Shown: in pieces, positions 29,976 through 43,171 of the stretch
How positions within the stretch are numbered: position 1 is the stretch's first letter
How the letters are laid out: every line of letters begins with the position of its first letter
Origin: Octopus sinensis
Lineage: Eukaryota
Reading direction: 5' to 3'
Length of the DNA: 64,000 bases
Assembly: GCF_006345805.1 (NCBI RefSeq)
Contig: NC_043002.1
Span: 10,416,001-10,480,000 of the forward strand
The notes under the pieces: model-generated
Seen by the model: only the letters and a program-made list of their open reading frames with translations
Told to the model about the DNA's origin: nothing
Databases searched by the model: none
Position numbers and translations under genes: made by a program

Positions 29976-31213
29976 TACCTAACTAGTATTTAGAACATCA
30001 CGTGTATTCCTGAATATCTAAAAAGAAACTTTGGGGAGCATTTGTGTTCAAGTCCACATATGAATCTGTTAAAATCCTCAGCCGAGTATGCCACAGATTA
30101 ATCCCCATTTTCTTCTCTGGACGATTAAACCGTAGGAGTGATAAAATTATGCTTATGGACAATAGCTGAGACTATGATGTATATGTAAACCAGATCTTCG
30201 CACATTTAGAATAAATATCCAATTTTAAAAATAACACTTCGAAATTTTAAAAGTGGCTGATACAACATATTAAATATCAAAGAGTGTGATGCACAGATTT
30301 CTATTTCCAAACTTCTATTAAATATTGGTTCGAACGATTCATAATTTCTTTAGCTCTCTATATAATATACCTAGAACTTATCAAAATATGTTAAATGATA
30401 TAACACTAACTTGAAAGATAATTGCTATTCCCTCAGAAAACATTTTTTTCCAGCGGTGTGAAGAAATAATTGGCAATATAATTTCTATGGTTCAAAAAAA
30501 CAAAACAGCAATTAACACAAAGACTCGTGTAATCTAATTAACAAAAAGTGTGTTAGTATATGTGCCGTTCATAATGGAAATATAGAAGTGATAAAATTAG
30601 AAACAATATCGAAATACATTTAAAGGAATGAATGCAAGCAAAATGTTAAAAATGTTGAACGCCAAATGTAGGGGACATTCTAAGACGAAAATGTACGCAG
30701 AAGAGAAAACCGTTAACTTGAGAAATTTCTAAGTCTGCTTTTGTATACATGCATACATATGTATACATAAGTACGTAACGACTGCAGCTCTAATTCTAAC
30801 AATTTTCTGAAAATTATGAACAGCGCTGACTTTTGTCCAGTTAAGGACCTATACTCTTTTGCAGAGATGGGGAAATGATGGGCGCCACTTGCCGGCACAT
30901 GTCTTCATTCTATCACAAAACATTTCATTGATTGTTTTGCCATTTTTGGCTGCGGCCAGCTGTAGTGTACAACTAAAGAGATATTAATAGAGTCGTTAGA
31001 AATCAAGCGATGTTCAAGCCTGAAGTTTTTTCAAGTGGGAAAATGCCACTATTAATTCATTATTTTTCCTCTACCGATACTATGCAGTCTTTTACGGATA
31101 TTTGGATTCACCAACGAGGATTAATCAAGTATAGCAGATTCAGATTCTGCCAACTGGAATTTATCAACAGTTAATCTGGAGTTTACCACTGAGGTTAGCC
31201 AATATTGTTAACC

Positions 31214-31535
31214 GATAAGGATTGTTTAAGGATGTTAAACGAAACACCCATGTTTCCAGAGGTGAAATATCCAAACCCCAAAGAACTGCCCTCAACATAT
31301 GGCTATGATGCCCCTCCACTACTTCTGCTCCTGATCAGAGATGCACATATCATCAACCACTAAGGGACATGCTCAACTGGTTACGGTCAAACAACTAGCA
31401 AGCAAATCTGTGGTATTGAGCAGAATATTTGCTGTAGCCCATCTTTTACACCAAGACAAAACAATATACATGATAACACTTCCAATCAGTAAAGATCAGA
31501 AGCCATGAAAGCCACTGTCTGGTACTGCATCAGGG

Positions 31536-31538
<3 letters not shown>
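31214..31538 (-). mobile_element. Element X, copy retaining left end
   Basis: Minus strand (aat)n-ataccctgatgcagtaccagacag. Confidence 0.8.
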
Positions 31539-31575
<37 letters not shown>

Positions 31576-31612
31576 TATTAAGAACAACAACAACAACAAC
31601 AACAATAATAAC

Positions 31613-31664
<52 letters not shown>

Positions 31665-31665
<1 letters not shown>

Positions 31666-31862
31666 GAGACAAGGCAAAGAGCGTGATGCAACTGAAATAG
31701 ATATTTTATTGGTCGAACAGCTAGCTTGTCTTTGTCGAGTTCAAAATAAAAAATGATAAAATTTCAAAATTATAGAAATTCATATCCAAATTATGAATGA
31801 GAGCAACCGTTTCTGGAATGACGTCATCAGTTTTTAAGTCTCAATTCTATAACTAGCCAAAA
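31665..31862 (-). mobile_element. Solo putative PLE terminal-repeat fragment
   Basis: Homologous to 7941-8160; also abuts (AAT)n. Confidence 0.65.
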
Positions 31863-31894
31863 GAAAAAGACAGATAAAAAAGAGAGAAAAAAGG

Positions 31895-32212
31895 GAAGAA
31901 GAAGAAGAAGAAGAGAAGAAGAAGAAGACGGAGAAGGAAAAGAAGAAGAAGAAGAAGAAGAAGAAGAAGAAGAAGAAGACGGAGAAGAAGGAGAAGCAGA
32001 AGAAGACGGAGAAGACGGAGAAGGAGAAGGAGAAGAAGAAGAAGAAGAAGAAGAAGAAGACGGAGAAGGAAAAGAAGAAGAAGAAGAAGGAGAAGAAGAA
32101 GAAGAAGAAGAAGACGGAGAAGACGGAGAAGAAGAAGAAGAAGAAGAAGAAGAAGAAGAACAAGAAGAAGAAGAAGAAGAAGGAAAAGAGGAAGAAGAAG
32201 AAGAAAAAGTAC
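31895..32212. repeat. Interrupted (GAA)n/(GGA)/(GAC) purine microsatellite
   Basis: Direct reading. Confidence 0.95.
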
Positions 32213-32394
32213 CACGAAAACGATTAATTTCTTTTAATGATACAAAATATCAGTTTATCATTTTCTGATTCGTATTTGAATGGTACAAAATCTATTGGCC
32301 CCGGATTGGACCCAACACTGGGACCTAGCGAAACTATCAGGGCTAACAAGCCAACGACAAGAAGGAGTAAAACACAAAAGCTGTAATTTACATT

Positions 32395-32882
32395 ACGATT
32401 TTTCTAAGACACCCGGCTGTTTTGGTAACTTGAAGAATTTCTAAATATTCCAATTCTTATTCGTTGTAACATAAAATCGATCATCATCTAAATCTACTTG
32501 ATTTTGATATTTTGAATGGACTGACGTAATTCTTCACAAAGGTAAGCAGACAAGACCAAAAAACGCGATGTGATTGCAATAGATATGTTATTGGTTGAAC
32601 GATATTTCGGCAGGAAACCTGTCTTTGTCGAGTTCAAAATATGTCGACAGATACACGCTTGCTGCTGAGATATCGTTCAACCAATAAAATAGCTATTTTA
32701 AACTCATCGCATTTTTGGTCTTGTCTCTGTTTACCTTTGTGAAGAATTACGTCAATCTTTTTAAAATACCAAAATCAAGGAGACTGAGAAGACGATTGAT
32801 TTTATGTTACACTGAATAGGAATTGGGAACATTTAGAAATTCTGGAAGTTAACAAAACAGCTGGGTGTCTAAGGAAAATCGT
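32395..32882. repeat. Fold-back inverted repeat, arms about 237 bp, loop about 11 nt, derived from a putative PLE terminal repeat
   Basis: Arms 32395-32631 and 32643-32882, e.g. tgacgtaattcttcacaaaggtaa / ttacctttgtgaagaattacgtca. Confidence 0.85.
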
Positions 32883-32899
32883 TTTGATTTCTGTAAGAC

Positions 32900-33045
32900 A
32901 TGATTCTCCTGGGATATTATCTAGATGTTTCTGACATCCCTTTCTTATTGTATTTAAGCCACCCACAATAACAGGAGGAGTTGTCGCCTGAAGCTACCAC
33001 ATCTTTTGTATTTCAATTTCCAGTTCCTTATATCTATTTCATTTG
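32900..33045 (-). pseudogene. Dong-like C-terminal fragment
   Basis: YKELEIEIQKMW...PVIVGGL..IRKGCQKHLDNIPG. Confidence 0.65.
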
Positions 33046-33106
33046 TCAAATCTCCATATATATTTACTGAATTTGGCGCATTTATTATTATTATTATTAT
33101 TATTAT

Positions 33107-33138
<32 letters not shown>

Positions 33139-33234
33139 TTGTTGTTGTTGTTGTTATTATTATTATTATTATCATTATTACTATTGTTGTTGTTTTTGTT
33201 GTTGTTATCATCATCATCATCATCATCATCATCT

Positions 33235-36010
33235 TTCAGTTTCGTTTTCATTTCTTGCCGAGTATCTTTCCGACACCTGGGGCAAATAAATTCCCCGCAT
33301 AAATTCGTTGGCCATTAGAATAAACATAACAGATTGTTCTTTAACTAACTCATATGATAGAGCACAAAAGGGAAGAAGGAAAGAAAGAACACAGAAAATG
33401 AAGAAAACGAATAAAAGAAAACAAAGAAATTAAAAGGTAAAAAAGGAAAAAAAAATCACAGCGACAAAGCTCTTCTCAATACGTGTGACGCACCAATTAA
33501 AACAATCTTTCGCACTTATTGCATGGATGGTAAGCCAGGGATCTTTCTTAAATAATTTTCAGTTCCTATTTCGATCATTCCAAGTGCTCCTTGAATCACT
33601 GGTATTGTAACCGTCTTCAGATGCCACATCGTTTCGATTTCGATTACCAAATCTTTATATTTTCTGAACTTATCGAATTTTTTCCCGAGATATTTTGATA
33701 GCAGGATACGCTCATGTCAATCAACAAACAGACTTTATTGTTTAGGTCTTTCAAAACAATATCTGGTTTATTAGCTTTGATGATCCGGTCTGTATGTATT
33801 GGGAAGTCTCAAAGAATCGTTACATTTTCTCTCTGTCTGCTACAGCCTCGGGGTGGTGCTTGTGCCATGTGTCAGCAGTTTTAATCTTATAATACCGATA
33901 TATTAACCAGTGTAGATATGGGCCAACTCTGTCAAATCTGTAGGTGTTAAAACTTTATACCCAAAGATTAGGTGGCCGACTGTTTCAATCGCATTGTTGC
34001 ACGGGTCTACTCCATTTTTCATCACATTGGCCAGGTAGCTACGGTTCAATAAACTCTGATCTTGAGCTGCTAAGATAGAGCTTTCGGTTTCTGCCTTAAG
34101 CACGTAACCACTGATGTGTGTGCTTCTAGTCTACATCAGCTTGTCTGCTACAGTTTTCATGCAGAGGTTTTATTCCCATCTGTCAGCTAATTCTTCAAAC
34201 GCATTGTTCCTTGCCATTGATTTCACTTTCTTCGCAACAACAGTTTCCATGCTTCCATCATGCTGTTCTATGAATGAACTCACTAGCAAATATTTTGTTC
34301 TCATTTATGATAGACTGAAGTTTCTTACGTCCCCCGTAGTTTTGCACGACTTTTAGTATCCCGGTCTTTAGAAGTTTCAAGACATTTGGCCAGACCAATT
34401 GTGGTGGTTTTGTAAGAGATTTCAATTTGGATCAAGCGTCGACCTCCTTGGATTGTGAGAAGTTCAAGCCGATGTGATTCTACCTTTGGGTGATGCATCT
34501 TACTGCAAGTCAGCAGCTTACAGATTTGCCTGTCAATTTTCCTTATTTCGCTGATATTCCAGTTCAACACATTGAAACTAAAAATAACAACTGCAACCGT
34601 TAAGGAAAACATGGCTAACACCTTGTTAGGTGTATTTAGCTCAAATTTCAGATCTGCTCGAACTCAATGCATTAAATTGTTCTACGATCAATTTATGGCA
34701 ACTACCGGATTTTTAATCCCAAATCCATATATACCATCAGGTCCGGCTGCTTTCCAATTGCTTATCTTTTCACTCATATTTATGATGCTGTCTTCTGTGA
34801 AGTGGATAGTTTCTTGCTGGGGATAAGAAGTTGTTTTCTTCAAGCTGTTTAGCCATTCAGCTGTAGTATTATGTCGTTCTTGCTTACTCTATATCTTATC
34901 CCCAAAACGTCGACTTTCATCAGCATCAGAGACTAATCTTTCCCCTTTTTTTATTGGCTTTAATCTCTTAATAAAATTTGCTCGGTTCGAAACGATTTGT
35001 TTTGCCAGTATTGCTTACGGCATTGTTCAAACCTAGTTAGCTTTGCTTTTTTGCACGCATGCGCTGATTCAGTTCTGAAATTACAACATTCAGGTCTTTT
35101 GTATCTACACCATGTGGAAACGCAATGGCCCAGTGGTTAGGGCAGCGGACTCGCGGTCGTAGGATCGCGGTTTCGATTACCAGACCGGGCGTTGTGAGTG
35201 TTTATTGAGCGAAAACACCTAAAGCTCCACGAGGCTCCGGCAGGGGATGGTGGTGATCGCTGCTGTACTCTTTCGCCACAACTTTCTCTCACTCTTACTT
35301 CCTGTTTCTGGTGTACCTGTATTTCAAAGGGCCGGCCTTGTCACTCTCTGTGTCACGCTGAATATCCCCGAGAACTACGTTAAGGGTACACGTGTCTGTG
35401 GAGTGCTCAGCCACTTACACGTTAATTTCACGAGCAGGCTGTTCCGTTGATCGGATCAACCGGAACCCTCGTCGTCGTAACCGACGGAGTGCTTCCAGCA
35501 TCTACACCATACTTCTTCCTAACTTGTTTCAAATTTCCTTTCATTCTTAAGTTCTCCATTTCTTTTCCTAACAAGTATTGACACTACACCGTTCAAGGAG
35601 TTTACATCTTCAGAAATTCTTCTTTTCCACCACGGTTGTTTATTTCCTCTTCTATTCGTCTCTGTTCTATTGTCAGTAATTCTCAATCCCATTCTTTCCG
35701 CCACAATCCTAATAGCATCTACGAAAAATTATTTTTTTGTGTGATGCTCTTTATTTCAATGTGTCTTTATTGACTTCATTCAATATTGACTTTATTCGTC
35801 TTTTCATTTACTCTCCATTAATTAGCCATCTTAATGTTGCACACAAATCCTGTCCCTTCTGTATTTAATAGATCCGCGATTCTGTCTACTATTCATCGAT
35901 CTTCACTATTCGAGCAATCACTGACCTCAATTCTTTCACAATTCACGGTATTATATTCTTGCGGACAATTGTCCATCTCTTACACTATAACACTTTCATT
36001 TCTCGAATTA
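33235..36010 (-). pseudogene. Decayed Dong-like family B copy interrupted by a SINE
   Basis: QPWWKRRI, MHHPKVE, KAETESSILAAQDQSLL, IIKANKPDI, family B-like 3' UTR then (AAT)n on minus strand. Confidence 0.75.
35114..35499 (+). mobile_element. SINE group 2, full length
   Basis: 11-bp TSD atctacaccat at 35103-35113 and 35500-35510. Confidence 0.92.
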
Positions 36011-36014
36011 TTAT

Positions 36015-37852
36015 TATTATTATTTACTTTTAATCTGCACGTTTGTTACAATCACTTGCTGAGACACACTCAGCGTCCTAGGGTGAGTGAAGGACAAGAG
36101 ATGTTACAGTATGACAGAAAGCGTGTGGGGGAGGGGAAATGGCGGGGGCAGTAGCGATATATCTTCATGTAAGAAAACACAGTCAGATTAATAAGATCTT
36201 TTAAAGAATGTAGGCAGTTCATGTCACCACAATATTTTAGATTTCTCTGAAACACGGTTCTCCTGAGATTTTATCTAGATGTTTTTGACATTTCCTTATC
36301 ATATCTAGCACAGCCTCAAGAACAGGAACAGCTCTTGCTTTAAAATGCCACATCTTTAATATTTCAATTATATTTTTATCAGTGGAGACACATACATCTA
36401 TTAGACTACAAATATTTTCTTCCCTGTCTTTAATTATTATGTCTGTTCAATTATCCTGGGTCGTTCTGTCGGTGCTGACTGGAAAATCCCAGAGGATAGT
36501 GACATTTTAAACATAATATACATACCAGTAAACAGGAGTGTTGATTTTGTAGTATTTAAATATTTTCCAATGTAAATAGTGTCCTATCCTATCGTGGTAA
36601 TTTTGTTATTCGTTTGGTTGTCAGCGGAGGACATCCCGAGACGAGATTGTCTAGTGTTTCATCAAATGTATCGCAGAATCTGTATTTTGGGTCAGAACCG
36701 TTTTGCAGAACGTTAGCATGGTGGTTTTTGGTAAGCAAGCTTTGATCTTGTAGCGTTTCTATGAAACCTTCAGTCTCTGCTTTCAGTCCTGAGCTTCTCA
36801 ACCACAGATGGGTTGTTGCCTGGTCTACATCAGCATTTCGGTTTCACTGTAAATACTGTCTATGCAGAGGCTTCTGGCTCCATCGCTCCTCCATTTATTT
36901 CGGCCAGTTCCTTTTCGAAGTCTACCTGATCGGTTTTGCTTGTTTTGTGGCAGTGGTTCAGGTTCTTCATCTAATCCAGGGTTAATGGCGAGTTCCCTTG
37001 CGAATTTTCAAACTTCCTTGACAATAGAATGTGATTTTTTGATGCTTTTGTGTTTGCATACAGGCAGCAGCATCCAAACCTCTGTGCTCGATAAATACTT
37101 GTTCATTGCTATTGTGGGGGACTTCTAGCACAGTTCTACCTGCATCATTCATTACTTCGAGGTAGGTACAGAAGATCAATATCTGCTTTTGAGTGGTGCA
37201 TGTTCTTAGAAGTAAGTATTTTCATTGTCTTCCTGTCCAGGTGTTGGGACTCTGTAATATTCCAGTATAATGATGTCAAAGCTGTATTGGACTAATGAAA
37301 GTACCAGGGTATTAATTAAATCGGCAAGAGCTGGCAGAAACGTTAGCACGCCGGGCGAAATGCTTAGCGGTATTTCGTCTGCCGTTACGTTCTGAGTTCA
37401 ATTTCCGCCGATGTCGACTTTGCCTTTCATCCCTTTCGGGGTCGATACAATCGACTTAATCCGTCTATCTGTCCTTGTTTGTCCTCTCTGTGTTTAGCCC
37501 CTTGTAGGTAGTAAAGAAATAGGTATTAATTAAATCGATGCGATTTTTGGAGATGAGCTCAGTTTTTAGTATGAGTCTTTTTCCCCTTAATACTCCTTGC
37601 TTATTTTATTCCTGCATAGTAGCATGTTCTGTACCAACTCCCTCCTTCGTTTATCCCCAAGCAAGTGTAATCTTCTTGTAGGTCAAGCTCCTTCATGTTA
37701 GTGTCGGTATCTGATGTAATGGAAGATGGTGGCTTGAACTTGTCTCTTACAAAAGTTGCTTTAGCACATTTATCAAGGCCAAAATCCATTGTTACTATTA
37801 TTATTCCTTCGTAACAGAGTGTAGGTAAAAATGCATTGGAGTCTTTAGTCAT
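36015..37852 (-). pseudogene. Decayed Dong-like family E copy interrupted by a SINE
   Basis: MDFGLDKCAKATF, RSSGLKAETEGF..QDQSLLT, LVSGCP; 3' UTR shared with 11805-11900. Confidence 0.75.
37324..37521 (+). mobile_element. SINE group 1 with internal deletion
   Basis: 16-bp TSD ggtattaattaaatcg at 37308-37323 and 37522-37537. Confidence 0.9.
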
Positions 37853-38665
37853 CTGTCGAGTACAACAAGGACCTCAGGCAGATAATATTTCCCATTTGCC
37901 TTAAGAAATCTTGAGGTTTCAATGGGATTGAGCCCAAGGCTCCGATCACCAAAGGTATCACTTTTACATTACCCTTTCGCATTCCATACAGTCTTGCCGT
38001 TTCCACATTCGATTCGGAATATTTGGTGATTTTGTCAACCTCTTTACTCACAACATTTATGTCATTTAGTATGGCTATATCAATGATCTGACAGTATCTG
38101 TCTCTCTTATTCAATATGTCAATATCCAGCCGACGGTGTTCGATTACACGATCCGTCTGAAAATCGTAGTCCTAGAATATCGTTATTTTCCATCTGCCTG
38201 CATAACTTTCTTCAAAAATGCTCATACCAGTTCTGTGTTACCTCATATTGGTATTTACGGCATAAGAGCCAATGAAAATACACACACACTTTATCGTGAC
38301 GGGGCTTGTATTCTTTATGTGCAAGGCTCTCACATCCACTTACCGAGTCACATTTTCCACACTCTTTCCACAGAGTCTGCATTTCTGGGTGTCAGACGTT
38401 TTATAGATGTTATTCTTCCCTGAATTGGTAGCGAGGGCCTGGTCTTGTGCCGCAATGATCAGGCTTTCGGTGGTACGCTTCAAATCACCTCGCTCAGGCC
38501 ATGCCCACGATGCTGTATTATCCTTAACATCTTGTGCATTCCTTTCAAACTGTCCATGAATTCTCACTGTATGATCGCATTTAATCATTGCATTCTACAG
38601 GATTCTGCAATCTCCATTCTCGGTAACTCTTTTTGTGGTTTGCTCATACCACGTCTATGCTATTT
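37853..38665 (-). pseudogene. Dong-like 3' fragment of a further lineage
   Basis: HGQFERN, GDLKRTTESLIIAAQDQALATN, CRLCGK, IIDIAI, LVIGALGSIP. Confidence 0.75.
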
Positions 38666-38669
38666 GTAA

Positions 38670-40330
38670 GCCGTGATTTCCATAGAGTTCCCAATGGATC
38701 ATTCTTGCCACGTTGTCCTATCTTTTTTTGTATTCTCGTTGTGCCAATTTCGGGCATTCGCTAACAATGTGCCATACTGTTTTACTCCTCTCACAATACA
38801 TTCTGAAATTGTCGCTCTCGGTAGTGTTGTCGATTCTGCGCTTCACATAATTAGTCCTTAGCACTTGTTCTTGTGCTGCGCATATTAAGTCCTTCTGTCT
38901 GTATCTTCCAGTCACTCCTCCTCATCCATAAACTCCGGTCTTCTGTAGCTGTCTTTGGTTTTCGTATCTTTTGCAATCTAACCGTACATTTTTCTTTGTC
39001 CTTCCATGCTGTTTCTCTTTTTGTATTCTTTTCCTCTTTAAGTTTTTCTTTCTTTACACACTTAACAATTTTGATGACGCGAGACGTTTTTACATGTTTC
39101 AACAATGGTTCCACGGTACTTTTTACATATCACTCTAAGGTTTTTCTTTCTACTGCTTCTATACAATTCTGACAACTGATCAAACCTCTCCCACGCTTAC
39201 TCCTGGACAAGTACAGTCTAGTGATGTCACTTTTAAAGTTGAAGTCTCCGTTCACTTTCAATATTTTTCTTGTATTCGAATCCTTGTTCATCAGTTCTTT
39301 TCTTTACCAGTTAATGATTCCAGTTCCATACCGAATTAATGCTATTGTACATGTGTTAACGACTTGGATTTTATTCCACCCGGTTAATTTTGAGCGCAAC
39401 ACCAACTTAAATCTTCGGATATATTCAATCCTCAGCTGTATTTTCAATTCCTTCTCCATGATTTGCTTGAATGCTAGTAGGCCAAAGTATTTGTAGCCTT
39501 CCTTTGCATTTTGTTTAATCATTTCTCTATTAGTTAACTCTATCCCTGCTAGGGACTGTACCTTGCCTCTTTTCAGGTACATTATACTATGCTGTTTCAG
39601 TCCGAATTCCATTCTAATATGAGCACCAGTACAGTGGATCGTGTTCACCAAAGAACTTACTTGTGCCACATTCTTTCCATGCAGCCTCAAATAATCCATG
39701 AAGAGGAGGTGGTTGATTGTCTGGGATAGTTCCTTTAGTTGGTAACCCAAGTTCAATTTCCTAAGTACCAATGTCAGACGTATCACGCAGAGAACAAAAA
39801 GCAACGAAGATAAGCTATCGCCTTGGAAAATCCTTCTTCTGATGCCCAGGGTGCCAAAGCTTTTCCCGTAAGATGTCAGTTCAGTATTTCATCCTACCAT
39901 ACCTCTCTTCAGGAAGCACATTACATTCCACACAATTCCAAACAAGTCTAAGCACTCAATGATCCAAGAATGTGGAATCATATAAACTTTGCGATAATCA
40001 ATCCAGGCAATTCCCAAACACGTTCTCATTCGTTTCCAATCCTGCAATATTATTTTGTCAATCAATAATTGATTCGTAGTACCTCTGTATCTCCTCCAAC
40101 AACCTTTCCTTCAGTTGGTAAAACATCGTTCTCATCTAAAAATGTGTACAGTTCTTCTGCAATTTCTCCTGACTGTAACTTCCACAGTAATGGGAGGCAA
40201 AACATTGGCCTGTAATTGTGAGCAGCAATTCCCTTTGATGCACCCTTCAGACACACCATCATTCGTTCTTTTGTCAACCAGCACGGGATCTATTCTCCTC
40301 CATCGATCAATTCATTAATTTGCTGTACAA
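38670..40330 (-). pseudogene. Dong-like RT fragment of a further lineage
   Basis: NYRPMFCL, WIDYRKV, GIFQGDSLS, HLLFMDYLRL, MEFGLK, ICAAQEQVLRTN, HIVSECPKLAQREYKKR. Confidence 0.8.
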
Positions 40331-40394
40331 ATAACTTATAACTCCTACTGAATGTTTTTACCCAAAATTCCTGTATAAAAATTATTATTATATT

Positions 40395-40456
<62 letters not shown>

Positions 40457-40459
40457 CAT

Positions 40460-40880
40460 TCAGTAATTTTATTTTTATAGCGTGCTTTCATTTCACTACC
40501 GAGCGCAGCTCTGTGTGCCTTGGGTATGTGCTGTGATTTGTTGTGATGCTCTGATGGTTATTGTATGGAAAGTGTTCTGCGTAGGATGTGTGCGGTGCCT
40601 AGTAGTGCAATTTTCTGTATGTTATATGTGTTTGTAAGTCCTGGTGTTTTCGTTATGTATTTGTCTGAATATTTTTTTATCATGCCTAATGCACCTACTA
40701 TGATAGGAATTGTTTCTGTTTTTAGATTCCACATTCTGGTTACCTCTATTTCCAGGTCTTTGTATTTTGAGAGTTTCTCCATTTCTTTTAGAGACACGTT
40801 GTCATCTGCCGGTATTGATACATCAATTAGAAAGCATTTTTTTTCTTCATGATCTCTGACAACTATATTTGGTCTGTTGG
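40460..40880 (-). mobile_element. Family A 3' end, near-identical to 6710-7131
   Basis: MSLKEMEKLSKYKDLEIEVTRMWNL...KIALLGTAHILRRTLSIQ*; same 3' UTR and (AAT)n tail. Confidence 0.92.
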
Positions 40881-40959
40881 CCTTAATTTCTCTAGCTGTG
40901 TTATTATTATTATTATTATTATTATATTATTATATTATTATTATTATTATCATTATTAT

Positions 40960-41168
40960 TATTCAGTTGCCTTATTTTAATCACGTGCTCCCACTGCTCT
41001 ACCGAGCGCAGCTCTGTGTGCCTTAGGTACGTGCTGTGGTTTGTTGTGATGCTCTTATTTTTACTGTATTAAAAATGCTTTACGTTGAATGTGTGCGATG
41101 CCTAGTAGTGCTATTTTCTGTATGCTATATATACTTGGTAGTCCTGGTGTTTTTTTTATGTATTTGTC

Positions 41169-41170
<2 letters not shown>
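40960..41170 (-). mobile_element. Diverged family A-like short 3' end
   Basis: KKTPGLPSIYSIQKIALLGIAHIQRKAFLIQ* plus related UTR. Confidence 0.8.
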
Positions 41171-41208
<38 letters not shown>

Positions 41209-41275
41209 TTATTATTATTATTTATTATTATTATTATTATTATCATCATCATTATTATTATTACCATCGTTATTA

Positions 41276-41430
41276 AGGTGGCGAGCCGCCAGAATCGTTA
41301 AAAGGCTGGACGAAATGCTTAGCGTTATTTCTTCCGTCGCTACGTTCTGATTTCAAATTCTATCGTGGTCGACTTTTCAGTGGGGTCGCTGTAATCGACC
41401 AGTCCTCCTCCCTGAACTTTCAGGCCTTGT
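41276..41430 (+). mobile_element. SINE group 1, decayed
   Basis: ggcgagccgccagaatcgtt...gaaatgcttagcg...gtcgactt. Confidence 0.65.
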
Positions 41431-41448
41431 GCCTATGACAGAAAGGTT

Positions 41449-41475
41449 TATTATTATTATTATTATTATTATTGC

Positions 41476-41529
<54 letters not shown>

Positions 41530-41918
41530 TATTATTATTACTATTATTATTATTATTATTACTATTATTATTATTATTATTATTATTACTATTACTATTA
41601 TTATTATTACTACTATTACTATTATTATTATTATTACTATTATTACTATTACTATTATTATTATTATTATTATTACTATTATAATTATTATTATTATTAT
41701 TATTACTATTATTATTATTATTATTATTATTACTATTACCATTATTATCATTATTATTATTACTACTATTACTATTATTATTATTATTACTATTATTACT
41801 ATTACTATTATTATTATTACTATTATTACTATTACTATTATTATTATTATTACTATTATTATTATCATTATCATTATCATTATTATTATGATTATTATTA
41901 ATAATGATAATAATAAAT
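41449..41918. repeat. Long (ATT)n tract patterned with ACT triplets
   Basis: Direct reading. Confidence 0.95.
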
Positions 41919-42324
41919 ATGCGTAGTCCCTCCGAAAATGTATTTTCGCTAACATGGTAACAGTAGTCCCTGATAACTAGCAATCTTCAATCTCAACTCG
42001 CATTTGAAATTAATTAAATTTCTATTGCTTTCCTCTAGGATTTTCGTCACTCACTAATATCAGCGAATTGGAAAGAAGTGAAAGACTACATAAATATTTA
42101 ATAATCTTGGTAAAAGTGCTGACTTCGCAAAATAACATTTTCAATTCTCACGAGGAAATAACATAAATATTATAAAAAGTAAGGTTGCCTACATATCTAA
42201 ATTATATGCGGAGGAACGAGGTGGAGCAGTGTTGAAGTCAAAAAGAAGAATCATTTACTATGAGTATCGTCAATCAAGTTACGATATTTACAAGTATTTC
42301 AGAAACATTTGCTCATTCATACAT

Positions 42325-42339
42325 ACATGGACAGACACA

Positions 42340-42400
<61 letters not shown>

Positions 42401-42467
42401 ATGTGTGTGTGTGTATGTGTGTGTGTGTGTATATATATATACACACAGACACGCATATATATATGTA

Positions 42468-42504
<37 letters not shown>

Positions 42505-42546
42505 ATGTGTGTGTGTGTGTATATATATATATACACACAGACACGC

Positions 42547-42578
<32 letters not shown>

Positions 42579-42733
42579 ATGTGTGTGTATGTGTGTGTGT
42601 GTGTATAATATATATACACACAGACACGCATATTATATATATATTTATATATATATATTTATATATATATATTTATATATATATATGTGTGTATGTGTTT
42701 GTGTGTGTATATATATTATACACACAGACACGC

Positions 42734-42764
<31 letters not shown>

Positions 42765-42817
42765 ATATATATATGTGTATGTGTGTGTGTGTGTATATTA
42801 TATACACACAGACACGC

Positions 42818-42880
<63 letters not shown>
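42325..42880. repeat. Higher-order minisatellite of (TA)n-(TG)n blocks with anchor cacacagacacgca
   Basis: Anchor recurs about every 70-95 bp. Confidence 0.85.
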
Positions 42881-42887
<7 letters not shown>

Positions 42888-42968
42888 GGGAATAAATCCA
42901 AACTTACAGGGAAAAATGAGATTTAGGATTAAATCCAATTTTATAGTATAAATATATTATATTATATA

Positions 42969-43127
42969 ATATTAAATTAGAGATAAAACCACTATTAGGC
43001 AAATCAAACAATGAAAAACATAAGCCTATACATAAAATTAATTTTAAATATTTTAAATTAATTTTATGAATTGGCTTATGTTTTTCACTGTTTGATTGCG
43101 TAATAGTGGTTTTATCTCTAATTTAAT

Positions 43128-43129
<2 letters not shown>
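42969..43129. repeat. Near-loopless palindrome, arms about 80 bp, from a putative PLE terminal repeat
   Basis: attaaattagagataaaaccactatta...cataaaattaat / attaattttatg...taatagtggttttatctctaatttaat; arm homologous to 56400-56470 and 63670-63740. Confidence 0.88.

Positions 43130-43171
<42 letters not shown>

Noticed and set aside
31805-31835. Minus-strand CTGATGAcgtcattccaGAAACGGTT in the putative PLE terminus
   Set aside because: Helices I and II do not pair, and the homolog at 8100-8130 lacks GAAA; a family consensus would be needed
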